Notes under the pieces: model-generated
Databases searched by the model: none
The model's input: only the letters and a program-made list of their open reading frames with translations
What the model was told of the DNA's origin: nothing
Shown here: positions 12,001 through 20,449 of the stretch, piece after piece
Layout of the letters: each line of letters begins with the position of its first letter
Position numbering within the stretch: position 1 is the first letter of the stretch
Virus record (IMG/VR): IMGVR_UViG_3300021473_000001
DNA: 58,715 nt
Strand: one strand, 5' to 3'
DNA from: an uncultured virus (IMG/VR IMGVR_UViG_3300021473_000001)
Taxonomy: Duplodnaviria; Heunggongvirae; Uroviricota; Caudoviricetes
Position numbers and translations under genes: made by a program

Positions 12001-12516
12001 CAAATGGGTGTAGGTATTACAGTGGGAGGGACACGTTTAATGTCTGTCTCTGCTCTTGCCACAGGTACAACTCCTGTTATTGATACTCCTGTTGTTAGTA
12101 TGATGGCTAATGTCGGCATCGGGACGACGGGACCAACGGCTAAATTAGATGTGATTGGTGGTATACAAGCAGAATCAAGTTTGAATATTAATGGAACTGC
12201 TTCAAATACAATTGGTGGGACTGCGCCAAGAATTCAAATTAGTTCGGCATCAGCTTCTGACTATTCAATGATACAACAATCGTTAAATGGTTTGGATTTT
12301 TATGGATATAATGGGGGTTGGTTCAATGCAATGAAAATATCAAAAAGCGGCAACGTCGGCATTGGGACGACGGCTCCAACAGCAGTGCTTCATTTAAAAG
12401 CTGGTACTGCAACAGCATCAACAGCTCCATTAAAATTTACTAGTGGGACTAAGTTGACTGTTCCTGAATCAGGAGTTGTGGAATTTGATGGAATAGATTT
12501 CTGGGTAACAATATAA
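9037..12516 (+). CDS. Tail fibre-like protein with long Gly-Thr-Ser/Thr tripeptide repeat tracts
   Basis: Cys-rich N-terminus; three (G-T-S/T)n tracts separated by globular domains; C-terminal NVGIGTT repeats typical of Bacteroidota phage fibres. Confidence 0.7.
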   Translation: MDVRCNAIPCPITLSSACVFYEGERLVYIGVNTNDTIEEALQHLNDVVRNGGFSGTNGTSGTSGMGSSGTNGTSGTSGTTGIDGTSGIDGTSGTSGTTGTSGTTGTSGTTGTSGTTGTSGTSGYEGNLAMWRFSDNTDTNVDPGNGYFTLDSPSWGVSTTSIAIDNFSYSPSVSFAAYLDSMTIGSIIKLVQANNSATFKMLQITAVTPIVPGFENYNVIQIASGGTDPNLNDIFTINILGIPGTSGTSGTRGTSGTSGTTGTSGTTGTSGTSGTSGTSGTSGTDGTSGTSGTSGTSATSGTSGTDGTSGTSGTTGTSGTSATSGTTGTSGTTGTSGTTGTSGTTGTSGTSATGGTSGTSGTSATSGTSGTSATSGTSGTTGTSGTSGTTGTSGTSGTDGTGGTSGTTGTSGTSGSSATSGTSGTTGTSGTTGTSGTSATDGTGGTSGTSGSSATSGTSGTSGTSGTNGTGGTSGTTGTSGTSATSGTSGSAGSSGVNGTSGTTGTSGTSGTSGINGTSGTSGSSGSSSTSGSSGTSATSGTTGTSGTSGLDGSAGQITGQRLYYDVGSDTFLVPSSQASASRLFTFSAAAGTLTASGASPGSFITDGFVVGQKFTVTNSGTAMDNNSWCIRIVTATVITVTNGYGSLTNLTNSSAATITIDNEKLTRIPSTGVVTTESLTGITNASAFVAFDSYCTEVGYPGVATILAGIWKFHGRFSATNVSCTAGYVVLTRSQDGLTTTVISGANPVGVTPALSGTITAYDTQWVITSNIAILSTDRIIIRAVGINSSGTARNMQWQYQGTTDPSYVDTTLVVLGVNGTSGTSGTSGTSATSGTSGTTGTSGSSGSSATSGTSGTTGTSGSSGSSATSGTTGTSGTSATNGTGGTSGTTGTSGSSGTSATSGTSGTTGTSGTAGTSGMSVFPLLNDEWLPTYDFAGNPANLVKYSLDNIIEFGAPVGIDSLYHVLNAGFNDIVDIPVDSTSPDGTQMGVGITVGGTRLMSVSALATGTTPVIDTPVVSMMANVGIGTTGPTAKLDVIGGIQAESSLNINGTASNTIGGTAPRIQISSASASDYSMIQQSLNGLDFYGYNGGWFNAMKISKSGNVGIGTTAPTAVLHLKAGTATASTAPLKFTSGTKLTVPESGVVEFDGIDFWVTI
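9766..10695 (+). repeat. Longest GTS-coding tract (9-nt periodicity); shorter tracts at about 9196-9405 and 11497-11796
   Basis: Degenerate ggN-acN-(tcN/agt) units translating as GTSGTTGTS... Confidence 0.95.
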
Positions 12517-12527
12517 AATAATATAAA

Positions 12528-13994
12528 ATGGCAGATAGATATAAATTAATTCATTCAGGTAATTTTAATGATCAACTCTCTCAGGGATTGAGATGGAATA
12601 GTTCAACAGACACTTATACTCGTCTTGGTGCTATATATGGGATAGCTAATGCTACATCAGCAGGGAATACATATTTACCCATACATTCTCAGATGAAAAG
12701 ATGTATGATTGGTCCAATACTTGGATTTAACTATTTTATTAGTGAGCTTAATCCAATTAACAAAGAAGGAACTACCAGTCTTTCAACAGGAACAGCAAGT
12801 AGTACAGCAACAGGTACACTTAACGATACAGGTGTAAATTTTGTTACATTAGGTGTTGTTGCAGGAATGATATTACATAACATTACAACAGGTACATACA
12901 GTCCAATAAAGACCGTAGCATCAACAGCTCTTACTCTTTCAAGAGGAGATCTTGTAATGACCTCTGGTAATTCTTATGAAGTGGGAACAGCTAATTATGG
13001 AGGAGTAGATGGAGAATGCATGGTGCAAGTTCCAAAGTTCTATCAAAAAAAGTCTTATGCAAGTAACACACATGAATGGAGCATATCTTTATATCCTCTT
13101 CCTGGATATACTCTTCATCCTGCTTTTTGGAGAGATGGAGTAGAAGTTCCTTATAGATATTATTCAGCATTTGAGGGAAGTATGTTTGATTATTCTGCAA
13201 ATACTATGTGTTCCTCTGCAAATATTCCTAGTAACATATATGCTTCAGGAGATTATATGTGTTCCAGAGCTGGACAATGGCCTAAGACAAATGAAACCAG
13301 AACCAGTTATAGAGCAATGGCCACAAGTAATTGGAATGAATTTAGACAACATGATTATTATCTTCTCTCAGCTATTCAACTTTTATATCTAATTGAATAT
13401 GCAAGTTTTTATTCTCAATCAATGATTGGTGCTGGAAGAACAGCATTATCTGGAGGAAGTTGGGCAGCAGATTCATATATTGGAATGACAGGGTTCTCTA
13501 TTAAAGATGGAAATGGAACCGCTAATGTATCCAATGGTACAACTACAGGATTCTTAACAGATTATATGACATATAGAGGAATAGAGAATTGGTATGGTAA
13601 TATATGGAAATTTATTGATGGTATTACATGGGATGCTTCGGCTAATAATACTTCTCCAGTTCCTGTCTATGTAACAGGAAATAAAGCCTATTTCAAAGAT
13701 TCAGGAAGTGTTAATATGCACCTGTTAGTAAATGCTACTTACATAGGAACAGATACTGGATGGAGTTCTAATATAGAAAACACCATAGGATTTATTCCTT
13801 CTGCTGTGGGAGCATCAAATACAACTAAAATAACAGATTATTATTGGCAATATAATACAAATGGACAAGGTTGGAGAGCGCCTTTCTTTGGCGGTAACGC
13901 GGATAATGGGTCTAGCGCTGGTGCTTTTGCGTTAGATTCTTCTTATGGGGTTTCAGTTCTGAGTGTGACTTTTGGTTCTCGGCTTTGCTTGTAG
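12528..13994 (+). CDS. DGR target protein, putative receptor-binding protein with a C-terminal C-type-lectin-like fold
   Basis: YRGIENWYGNIWKFIDG and C-terminal GGNA..GS.AG.F...GSRLC; the 3' end is the VR matching the TR. Confidence 0.9.
   Translation: MADRYKLIHSGNFNDQLSQGLRWNSSTDTYTRLGAIYGIANATSAGNTYLPIHSQMKRCMIGPILGFNYFISELNPINKEGTTSLSTGTASSTATGTLNDTGVNFVTLGVVAGMILHNITTGTYSPIKTVASTALTLSRGDLVMTSGNSYEVGTANYGGVDGECMVQVPKFYQKKSYASNTHEWSISLYPLPGYTLHPAFWRDGVEVPYRYYSAFEGSMFDYSANTMCSSANIPSNIYASGDYMCSRAGQWPKTNETRTSYRAMATSNWNEFRQHDYYLLSAIQLLYLIEYASFYSQSMIGAGRTALSGGSWAADSYIGMTGFSIKDGNGTANVSNGTTTGFLTDYMTYRGIENWYGNIWKFIDGITWDASANNTSPVPVYVTGNKAYFKDSGSVNMHLLVNATYIGTDTGWSSNIENTIGFIPSAVGASNTTKITDYYWQYNTNGQGWRAPFFGGNADNGSSAGAFALDSSYGVSVLSVTFGSRLCL
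13878..13990 (+). repeat. DGR variable repeat (VR)
   Basis: Ungapped 113-nt match to 14074-14186 with 24 mismatches, all at TR adenines. Confidence 0.97.
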
Positions 13995-14073
13995 TCTTAA
14001 CTCATTGAATATTAACCATTTAAAATAAATATTATGAATACATCTTAATTAAATCTAAGGTTTTGTAATTGAC

Positions 14074-14186
14074 ACACCTTTATTTAGCAGTAACACGGAT
14101 AATGAGTCTAACACTGGTACTTTTACGTTAAATTCTTATAATGGAGTTTCAAATCTGAATGTGAATATTGGTTCTCAGCAAAGCTT
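14074..14186 (+). ncRNA. DGR template repeat (TR)
   Basis: A-rich non-coding copy of the VR upstream of RT, flanked by complementary arms at 14059-14070 and 14201-14212. Confidence 0.95.
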
Positions 14187-14293
14187 AAAACAAAAATAGA
14201 AATTACAAGACCATACCTCTAGGTAAAAAATAAAGAAATGCTACATTCTGTTTGGTAGGTCTCTCGAAGAACAGGTAGTGAAATAAGCAAACT

Positions 14294-15352
14294 ATGAAAC
14301 GATTTGGATATTTATATGAGAAGGTTTATGATATGGATAATCTAATTTTGGCACATAAAAATGCCAGAAAGGGTAAGTTGCATTATAAAGAAGTTCAAAA
14401 AATAGATAAAGATCCAGAAAAGTATTTAAATGAATTACAAATATTACTAAAAGAAAAGAAATTTAAGAACTCTAAGTATGTAGTCTTTAAAAAGAAGACA
14501 GATAATGGGAAGATAAGAGAGATTTATAAACTTCCATATTTCCCAGATAGGATAGTGCATCATGCTATTATTCAGATCACAGAAAAGATTTGGAAGAATT
14601 CTTTAATCAGGGATACATTCTCATCAATTAAAGGGAGAGGAATACACGATGGCGTTAGAAGACTCACAAAAGCATTAAGAGACAAGGAAAATACTATATA
14701 TTGTTTAAAAATGGATATTTCTAAGTATTACCCTTCGATAGATAATGATATTTTAAAAGAGGTAATTAGAAAGAAAATCAAAGACAACAATTTACTCTAC
14801 TTATTGGATGAGATTATTGATAGTACTAAAGGCATACCGATAGGCAATTATCTTTCCCAATATTTTGGAAACTTATATCTTAGTGAATTAGATCACAAGT
14901 TAAAAGCTAAACACAAATGTTATTTTAGATATTGCGATGATACGGTTATTCTACATAAGTGTAAATTTGTATTACATAGAGTAAAGAAGTTCATTGAACA
15001 ATATCTTCTAAAATTTAGAAAGTTGAAATTAAAACCAAACTGGCAAGTCTTTCCAATTGTTATCAGAGGAATAGATTTTTTGGGATATAGAAACTTTCAT
15101 AACTTCAAGCTTCTTAGGAAAACAATAAAACTAAAATTTATTACCCTTGTTAAAAATATCAAACTTAATTATCAAATACTTTCTAAGTACAAAATAATTA
15201 ATGGTATTATGAGCTACAATGGATGGTTTAAATATGGAAATTGCTTAAATTTAACAAGAAAATACGTTTCTGCAGAAATAAGACAAATATTCACAAACAT
15301 CTCTATGTTGAATAATATTAATAATCCTCTCTTAAATACATATAAACTATGA
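14294..15352 (+). CDS. DGR reverse transcriptase
   Basis: PDRIVHHA, KMDISKYYPSI, GIPIGNYLSQ (DGR-type SQ), YFRYCDD, GIDFLGY. Confidence 0.97.
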   Translation: MKRFGYLYEKVYDMDNLILAHKNARKGKLHYKEVQKIDKDPEKYLNELQILLKEKKFKNSKYVVFKKKTDNGKIREIYKLPYFPDRIVHHAIIQITEKIWKNSLIRDTFSSIKGRGIHDGVRRLTKALRDKENTIYCLKMDISKYYPSIDNDILKEVIRKKIKDNNLLYLLDEIIDSTKGIPIGNYLSQYFGNLYLSELDHKLKAKHKCYFRYCDDTVILHKCKFVLHRVKKFIEQYLLKFRKLKLKPNWQVFPIVIRGIDFLGYRNFHNFKLLRKTIKLKFITLVKNIKLNYQILSKYKIINGIMSYNGWFKYGNCLNLTRKYVSAEIRQIFTNISMLNNINNPLLNTYKL

Positions 15353-15603
15353 ATAATATAATAAGAAAATCAGAAAGTGATACAATACCAATTCCTTTAG
15401 AGAAGTTACAGGGAGGATTGTTAATCAGAACTAACATCAATAAGAAAGAATCGGTAGATTTATCTGGAGGAATAAGGATAAGTTATACATATGATGAGGT
15501 TTGGACAGACTCTTCTTTAGAAGACATAATTAACATAGCTTCTCTTTCTCCAGAACATACATTAAATCAGGAACAGTTACAATATTTAAAATCTAAGCTA
15601 TGA
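15349..15603 (+). CDS. Hypothetical protein translationally coupled to RT
   Basis: ATGA overlaps on both sides. Confidence 0.7.
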   Translation: MNNIIRKSESDTIPIPLEKLQGGLLIRTNINKKESVDLSGGIRISYTYDEVWTDSSLEDIINIASLSPEHTLNQEQLQYLKSKL

Positions 15604-15974
15604 GTAAAAATTTATTCCTTTCTCCAATTCTTGCGCCTGTATATGAAGATATAGCTTTTGAGTTTAGAGATATAATGCCAGGAACTGGTCAAGAATATGT
15701 TCTTGATATATCTGCTTCTTATAGTTATTCTATTGAAAGTGCTACTTTACAAGTTGATACAGGAACATTAACTGGTGTACAAATAACCATAGAATCACAA
15801 GCCCCTGCTGTACTATCTCTCTCAAATCTAACAGTAGGTAACACTGTTACTACAACCTATTCTACAGGAGCTAAAATAGTCCCTTTAACAAAGGGTGTAT
15901 CTCTCGTTACATCAACAGGATATACTGGTGCTCCTACATTATTAAGAGGTAAAATTAAAATTGTAAGAATATGA
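15600..15974 (+). CDS. Hypothetical beta-rich structural protein
   Basis: Coupled ORF, Thr/Ser/Val rich. Confidence 0.65.
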   Translation: MSKNLFLSPILAPVYEDIAFEFRDIMPGTGQEYVLDISASYSYSIESATLQVDTGTLTGVQITIESQAPAVLSLSNLTVGNTVTTTYSTGAKIVPLTKGVSLVTSTGYTGAPTLLRGKIKIVRI

Positions 15975-16603
15975 GACTAAATTATATACAGTCTAATAAG
16001 CCAAATTTTACCACTTATGGAGCATTATATAATTGGTATGCTGCAACTAACGCTGCTAATATCTCTGCTTCTGGTTGGGTAGTTCCTACAAAAATCCAGT
16101 TTGAAGTAATGCAAGCATATTTAAGTACTAATCCAAGTCATAAATTAAGAACAACAGGAACAACTTATTGGACATCTCCTAATACTGATGCTTCAAATTC
16201 AAGTGGATTTAATGGACGAGGTGGTGGATATCGAACTACCTCTGTGGGAGATTTTGTAGAAATAAAAGACGTATTATATATTATGTTGTCTACTTATCAA
16301 AATATAAAAATATTATCATATAATTCTGGAAGTGTTTTAACGGGGGCATACAGTTATGAAAATTATGGAGTATCTGTTAGACTATTGAAATCATCAACTA
16401 TATTAACAAATGGACAAACAGGAACTTATACAGGAAATGATGGAAGAGTATATACAACTATTTGTATTGATTCGCAAGAGTGGATGTCAGAGAATCTTAA
16501 AGAAACTAAATATAGAGATGGCTCACTTATACCAATATTGACAAATCATACTGCATGGAATGCAGATACAACAGGAGCGAGATGTTCTTATAATAATGCA
16601 TAA
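15971..16603 (+). CDS. FISUMP (Fib_succ_major)-like domain protein, circularly permuted
   Basis: YGALYNWYAA, GWVVPT, NSSGFNGRGGGYR, GVSVRLLK, followed by NDGRVYTTICIDSQEWMSENL. Confidence 0.8.
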   Translation: MRLNYIQSNKPNFTTYGALYNWYAATNAANISASGWVVPTKIQFEVMQAYLSTNPSHKLRTTGTTYWTSPNTDASNSSGFNGRGGGYRTTSVGDFVEIKDVLYIMLSTYQNIKILSYNSGSVLTGAYSYENYGVSVRLLKSSTILTNGQTGTYTGNDGRVYTTICIDSQEWMSENLKETKYRDGSLIPILTNHTAWNADTTGARCSYNNA

Positions 16604-16625
16604 TAAACAATTTAATACTAATATC

Positions 16626-17033
16626 ATGAACAAAATTGAAATCTACAAAGAATTAAAATTACAACTAGAAGCTGTAAACAATGTACAAGCCTTCTCCTTA
16701 AAACAAATAGACCATGAACTATTTGGAGGACTATCAAATGTATTCATTATTGAAGGAGCGTCTCCTTTATTCCTAAAAGCAATGCTGTCATGGGCAATAA
16801 ACAATGGTCTTAATATTCTAAATGATGTAAAGGAATACATGGCACAAGAAACAAATGAAGCCCTCTTGGAAGCAGAAGCAGAAATGAAAGAATTTATAAA
16901 CATTACACTTCCAAAGGAACAAGAATATTTAGCTAACAAGGAATACATTATTGTTGAAACCACAACAACAACAACAACAAATATTCCTATATTAGAAACA
17001 ACAGAAATACCAATTGTCGAACCAATAATTTAA
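16626..17033 (+). CDS. Hypothetical helical protein, paralogue of 19756-20058, with a Thr-rich tail
   Basis: Likely start MNKIEIYKELK at 16626; similar to MSKITEFQQLK. Confidence 0.65.
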   Translation: MNKIEIYKELKLQLEAVNNVQAFSLKQIDHELFGGLSNVFIIEGASPLFLKAMLSWAINNGLNILNDVKEYMAQETNEALLEAEAEMKEFINITLPKEQEYLANKEYIIVETTTTTTTNIPILETTEIPIVEPII

Positions 17034-17045
17034 CACTCTCCCTAT

Positions 17046-17198
17046 ATGGAAATTCAAATATTATTATTCATATCATTGCTCTGTAATTGTCTCCTCTTCA
17101 TAGGATTTTTGTATTTAAGAAACACATTGAATAATACAATAAGTCTTGTTAAAGGATTGGCTAAAAGAATGGGAATAGACATTGAAATAAAAATATAA
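17046..17198 (+). CDS. Small membrane protein (50 aa)
   Basis: Read by hand: MEIQILLFISLLCNCLLFIGFLYLRN...; one hydrophobic helix. Confidence 0.5.
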   Translation: MEIQILLFISLLCNCLLFIGFLYLRNTLNNTISLVKGLAKRMGIDIEIKI

Positions 17199-17268
17199 AG
17201 CTATGAGTAACGGGGTGGCGGAATTAAGGAAACTAGGATATATGAGTAATATTTAGTAATTTAGGGGG

Positions 17269-18270
17269 ATGAAAAAGAGACCAATAATATTATGCGAGGC
17301 GTGCGGACGTAAATCTATTGGCCATAGTAAAGTTTTATGCAGGGCTTGCTATGAAGCTAAATTCTTTAATAGATTGTCCAATCCACAGAAACTTGCAAGT
17401 AGAAATTTTATCGAAGGGGACCATGGTATTATTATTGACAGTAGAAAAAAGAAACATGTCCTAACCTTAGAAGAATTTGAGAAGGCAAAACCTTATTTCT
17501 GGGATGGTAATCCTAATGGCTGTGCGACAAATCAATGGGTTGGTTCATTATTGACATTTATCGGAAGGATAACCAGAAAAAAGGATATTAAAGTTTTAGT
17601 TGCTGATCGGCCAGATAGAGAGTGGTCGTATGAATATAAAATTATTGACCAGAAGAAAAAATATACAATGGTCATTTATAAAGCAATTTCTCCATCAGGT
17701 AAAGTATATATCGGTAAAACTATTGAGTCTTTATCAAAGAGAATATCTGCACATAAGAAGGCAGCACAGAGATTTTCTAAGGGAGGTAAGTTTATGACCG
17801 CTATTCGTAAGTATGGAGTTGATAATTTCAAGTGGGAAGTTCTGGAAACCACGGAAGATTACGATGTTTTAAATGCTTTAGAGTGTTGGTATATTCAGTA
17901 TTATGATTCAATCAGCAAAGGATATAATACTCATGTTGGAGGGGATATTGGAACATTTGGGAGTCATTTAAGCGAAGAAACAAAAGAAAAATTAAGACAG
18001 GCAAATTTAGGAAAGAAACGATCATATACTTGGACAAAGGAAATGTATAATAACACTCATGACAGATTAAATAAACCGTGGACTGTTGTCTTTTCTGATA
18101 ATGGTGAAATATTAGGATATGGAAGAAATGACAAAGATGCGTCAATTAGATCTGGCATATCTAAGGGGTCTATATTTAATTTAAAAACAAATAAATATCC
18201 ATCACGGATGGGGATTACCGTTAGAACTATGAAGAAATATGAACTACAACAATTAAACATAGCGATATGA
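17269..18270 (+). mobile_element. Free-standing GIY-YIG homing endonuclease with N-terminal Zn ribbon and NUMOD3-like repeat
   Basis: CEAC...CRAC; VIYKAISPSGKVYIGKT; GYN; HLSEETKEKLR. Confidence 0.85.
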
Positions 18271-19601
18271 GTACACAGAATAGTGAATTAAGTAAAGGAC
18301 TTATATTTAGAGCTCCTTTGAGTGAGTGGTATCCGTCAACTGACTTAGTCTCTGGTTTGGTGGGCGTAAAAACCGATGTTTATAATGTTGCTGATAGACA
18401 AGGAAATGGTTGCAGGCGTGAGGTTTTGTATAATGGGACGAGTAGTTATACGACATTGGCTGATGCAGATAGATATTCCTTTACAAATTATTTTTCAATA
18501 TTAATTAATTGTAGACCGACTTCATTGACTGGTTCCCCTGCCCTTGTTTCTAAAATGAATGGAGAAACGGCAAAAGAATATGATACCTATCTAACAGAGG
18601 ACGGCAGGGTACAGGTTGTTTTAACTAATGGAGCAGGTTATACGGGTTGGTCGTATTATTATACTCCTGTCTGTATTTCTGTTAATACAGATTATCGTAT
18701 TGCTATAATATTAAGCGGCACAACGATAACAGTTACAGTAAATGGGGTATCTTATAGTACAACGAAAACAGATGTGGCAGGTGGGTTTACCTCGCTAATT
18801 AATCAAAGTGGAGATGTTTTAATTGGAAAAGAGGTTTCAAGTCAGTATTTCTCCGGCTCCATCTCCCTCGTGCGCATATTCAATTACGCCCTCACCCCTA
18901 CGCAGATAGCCAACTACTCGAAGCCTGAATACCCTATTGAGGCTATACACAGGGGAGCAGGTGCTACTAAGAATGTATTGGATTTAAACGCCTCTGGCCT
19001 CTCCGCTTCCACCCCTACCTACTGGTATGACCGCACAAACAGCACTGCTCCGAGTTATACGAGTGTTGCTGCTACGAATACTAACTGTAGTTTGGTAGTG
19101 CCGCCTGCGAGTAATCTTGCTGCAACCAACTTCAACGGAAGTACGAGCCTGATTGATAGCAATGTAATTCTACCACTAACAGGCGATATTACCATATCAT
19201 TTTGGATTAATCCTCAATTGGTTGTAAATAATAAAATATTGTCAACAGAAGATTTAACGATTTTGTTGTATTCAAATAATAATATCATTTGCATTAGAAA
19301 TGAATCAAGTACAGCAACAGCCGTTTCATCTGCCAATAGTTCAATCCTACAAAATACTTCATATAACATAATTTTCACATCAACATCTGCTGGAATTGGT
19401 AATATTTATGTGAATGGAGTGTTAAGCGGAACGGCAAATCAATCAGGGGGAACTCCTCTTGCATCTTCAACATCTCTCTTGATAGGGACTTCATATTATA
19501 ATCCTAATTACAAATACAATGGAGTCCTAAATAATTGTAATATCTGGAATCATATTTTAGATAGTTCACAAATTACCCTCGTAAAAGAAACAAATTTCTA
19601 A
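18267..19601 (+). CDS. Tandem LamG/concanavalin-like domain virion protein
   Basis: Two LamG-like units (YNGTSSY...FSGSISLVRIFNYALT; FNGSTS...TISFWINP...YVNG...IWNHIL). Confidence 0.8.
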   Translation: MSTQNSELSKGLIFRAPLSEWYPSTDLVSGLVGVKTDVYNVADRQGNGCRREVLYNGTSSYTTLADADRYSFTNYFSILINCRPTSLTGSPALVSKMNGETAKEYDTYLTEDGRVQVVLTNGAGYTGWSYYYTPVCISVNTDYRIAIILSGTTITVTVNGVSYSTTKTDVAGGFTSLINQSGDVLIGKEVSSQYFSGSISLVRIFNYALTPTQIANYSKPEYPIEAIHRGAGATKNVLDLNASGLSASTPTYWYDRTNSTAPSYTSVAATNTNCSLVVPPASNLAATNFNGSTSLIDSNVILPLTGDITISFWINPQLVVNNKILSTEDLTILLYSNNNIICIRNESSTATAVSSANSSILQNTSYNIIFTSTSAGIGNIYVNGVLSGTANQSGGTPLASSTSLLIGTSYYNPNYKYNGVLNNCNIWNHILDSSQITLVKETNF

Positions 19602-19619
19602 ACAATAAAACTACACAAA

Positions 19620-19736
19620 ATGATCTTATCAGCTAGCATTTTTATCGCACTAACAGTTGTCGTGATTGTGCATATAAGAAAATCAAATAACACATTGCCA
19701 ACATGGCACGATGTTTTTAACGACACAAATTTCTAA
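19620..19736 (+). CDS. Small membrane peptide (38 aa)
   Basis: MILSASIFIALTVVVIVHIRK...DTNF*; bounded by a 15-bp direct repeat. Confidence 0.4.
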   Translation: MILSASIFIALTVVVIVHIRKSNNTLPTWHDVFNDTNF

Positions 19737-19755
19737 ACACCTTAAAAATAAAATC

Positions 19756-20058
19756 ATGAGCAAAATTACAGAATTTCAGCAACTCAAATCAGAATTGGAA
19801 AGCCTTAAAAATCTTACGAGCATCAACATCCTTCAAGGCCAACACGCTCCCGGCAGTCCAGCAAACAACTTTGTAATCCCCGAAATGAACGGGTCAAATT
19901 TAGCGGTAGTGATAAAGTATATCACAGACAATCAAACGGCCTTATTAACGCTTATTCGCAAAGCAAAGCGGGCTGAGGTAGAGGAGGCAAGGTTGGCAGC
20001 AGTGGCAGAGGCCGAACAATTCAAAGTTCAAAATTCGACACCCGATGTAATTATTTAA
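19756..20058 (+). CDS. Hypothetical helical protein, paralogue of 16626-17033
   Basis: Shared N- and C-terminal patterns; likely start ATG 19756. Confidence 0.65.
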   Translation: MSKITEFQQLKSELESLKNLTSINILQGQHAPGSPANNFVIPEMNGSNLAVVIKYITDNQTALLTLIRKAKRAEVEEARLAAVAEAEQFKVQNSTPDVII

Positions 20059-20089
20059 AAATAATTATTTACTTTTTAAATAAAAACCT

Positions 20090-20449
20090 ATGCAACCAGC
20101 CCTTATCCTTACAGATTCTATTGTCCTTTCGGTGATTGGAGCAATACTATTAATCATAATCGGCATTACTGGTTACTTTATAAACCTTTGGATACACTCA
20201 ACGGAATTGCGAGATGTTAACAGAGATGAGTCAAATCGGAAAAGAGAAGATGCGATGAATTTAGTATTGCAAAATCTAACCGATACCCTTGTTGATGTCA
20301 ATCTGAATCTGAAAGTCTACCAAGCAAGCATGAATGGGACGTTGCACGCGATTAAAAGTAGCCAAACAAAACAATCTGATTGCCTTGAGAAACACGACAT
20401 ATCAATTCAAGACCACGAAATCCGATTAACAGTAATTGAAAGGAGGTGA
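20090..20449 (+). CDS. Membrane-anchored coiled-coil protein (holin-like or antiholin-like)
   Basis: N-terminal TM helix; C-terminal HEIRLTVIE. Confidence 0.55.
   Translation: MQPALILTDSIVLSVIGAILLIIIGITGYFINLWIHSTELRDVNRDESNRKREDAMNLVLQNLTDTLVDVNLNLKVYQASMNGTLHAIKSSQTKQSDCLEKHDISIQDHEIRLTVIERR

Noticed and set aside
15971..16603. FISUMP gene as a second DGR target
   Set aside because: No segment aligns to the TR with A-only mismatches.
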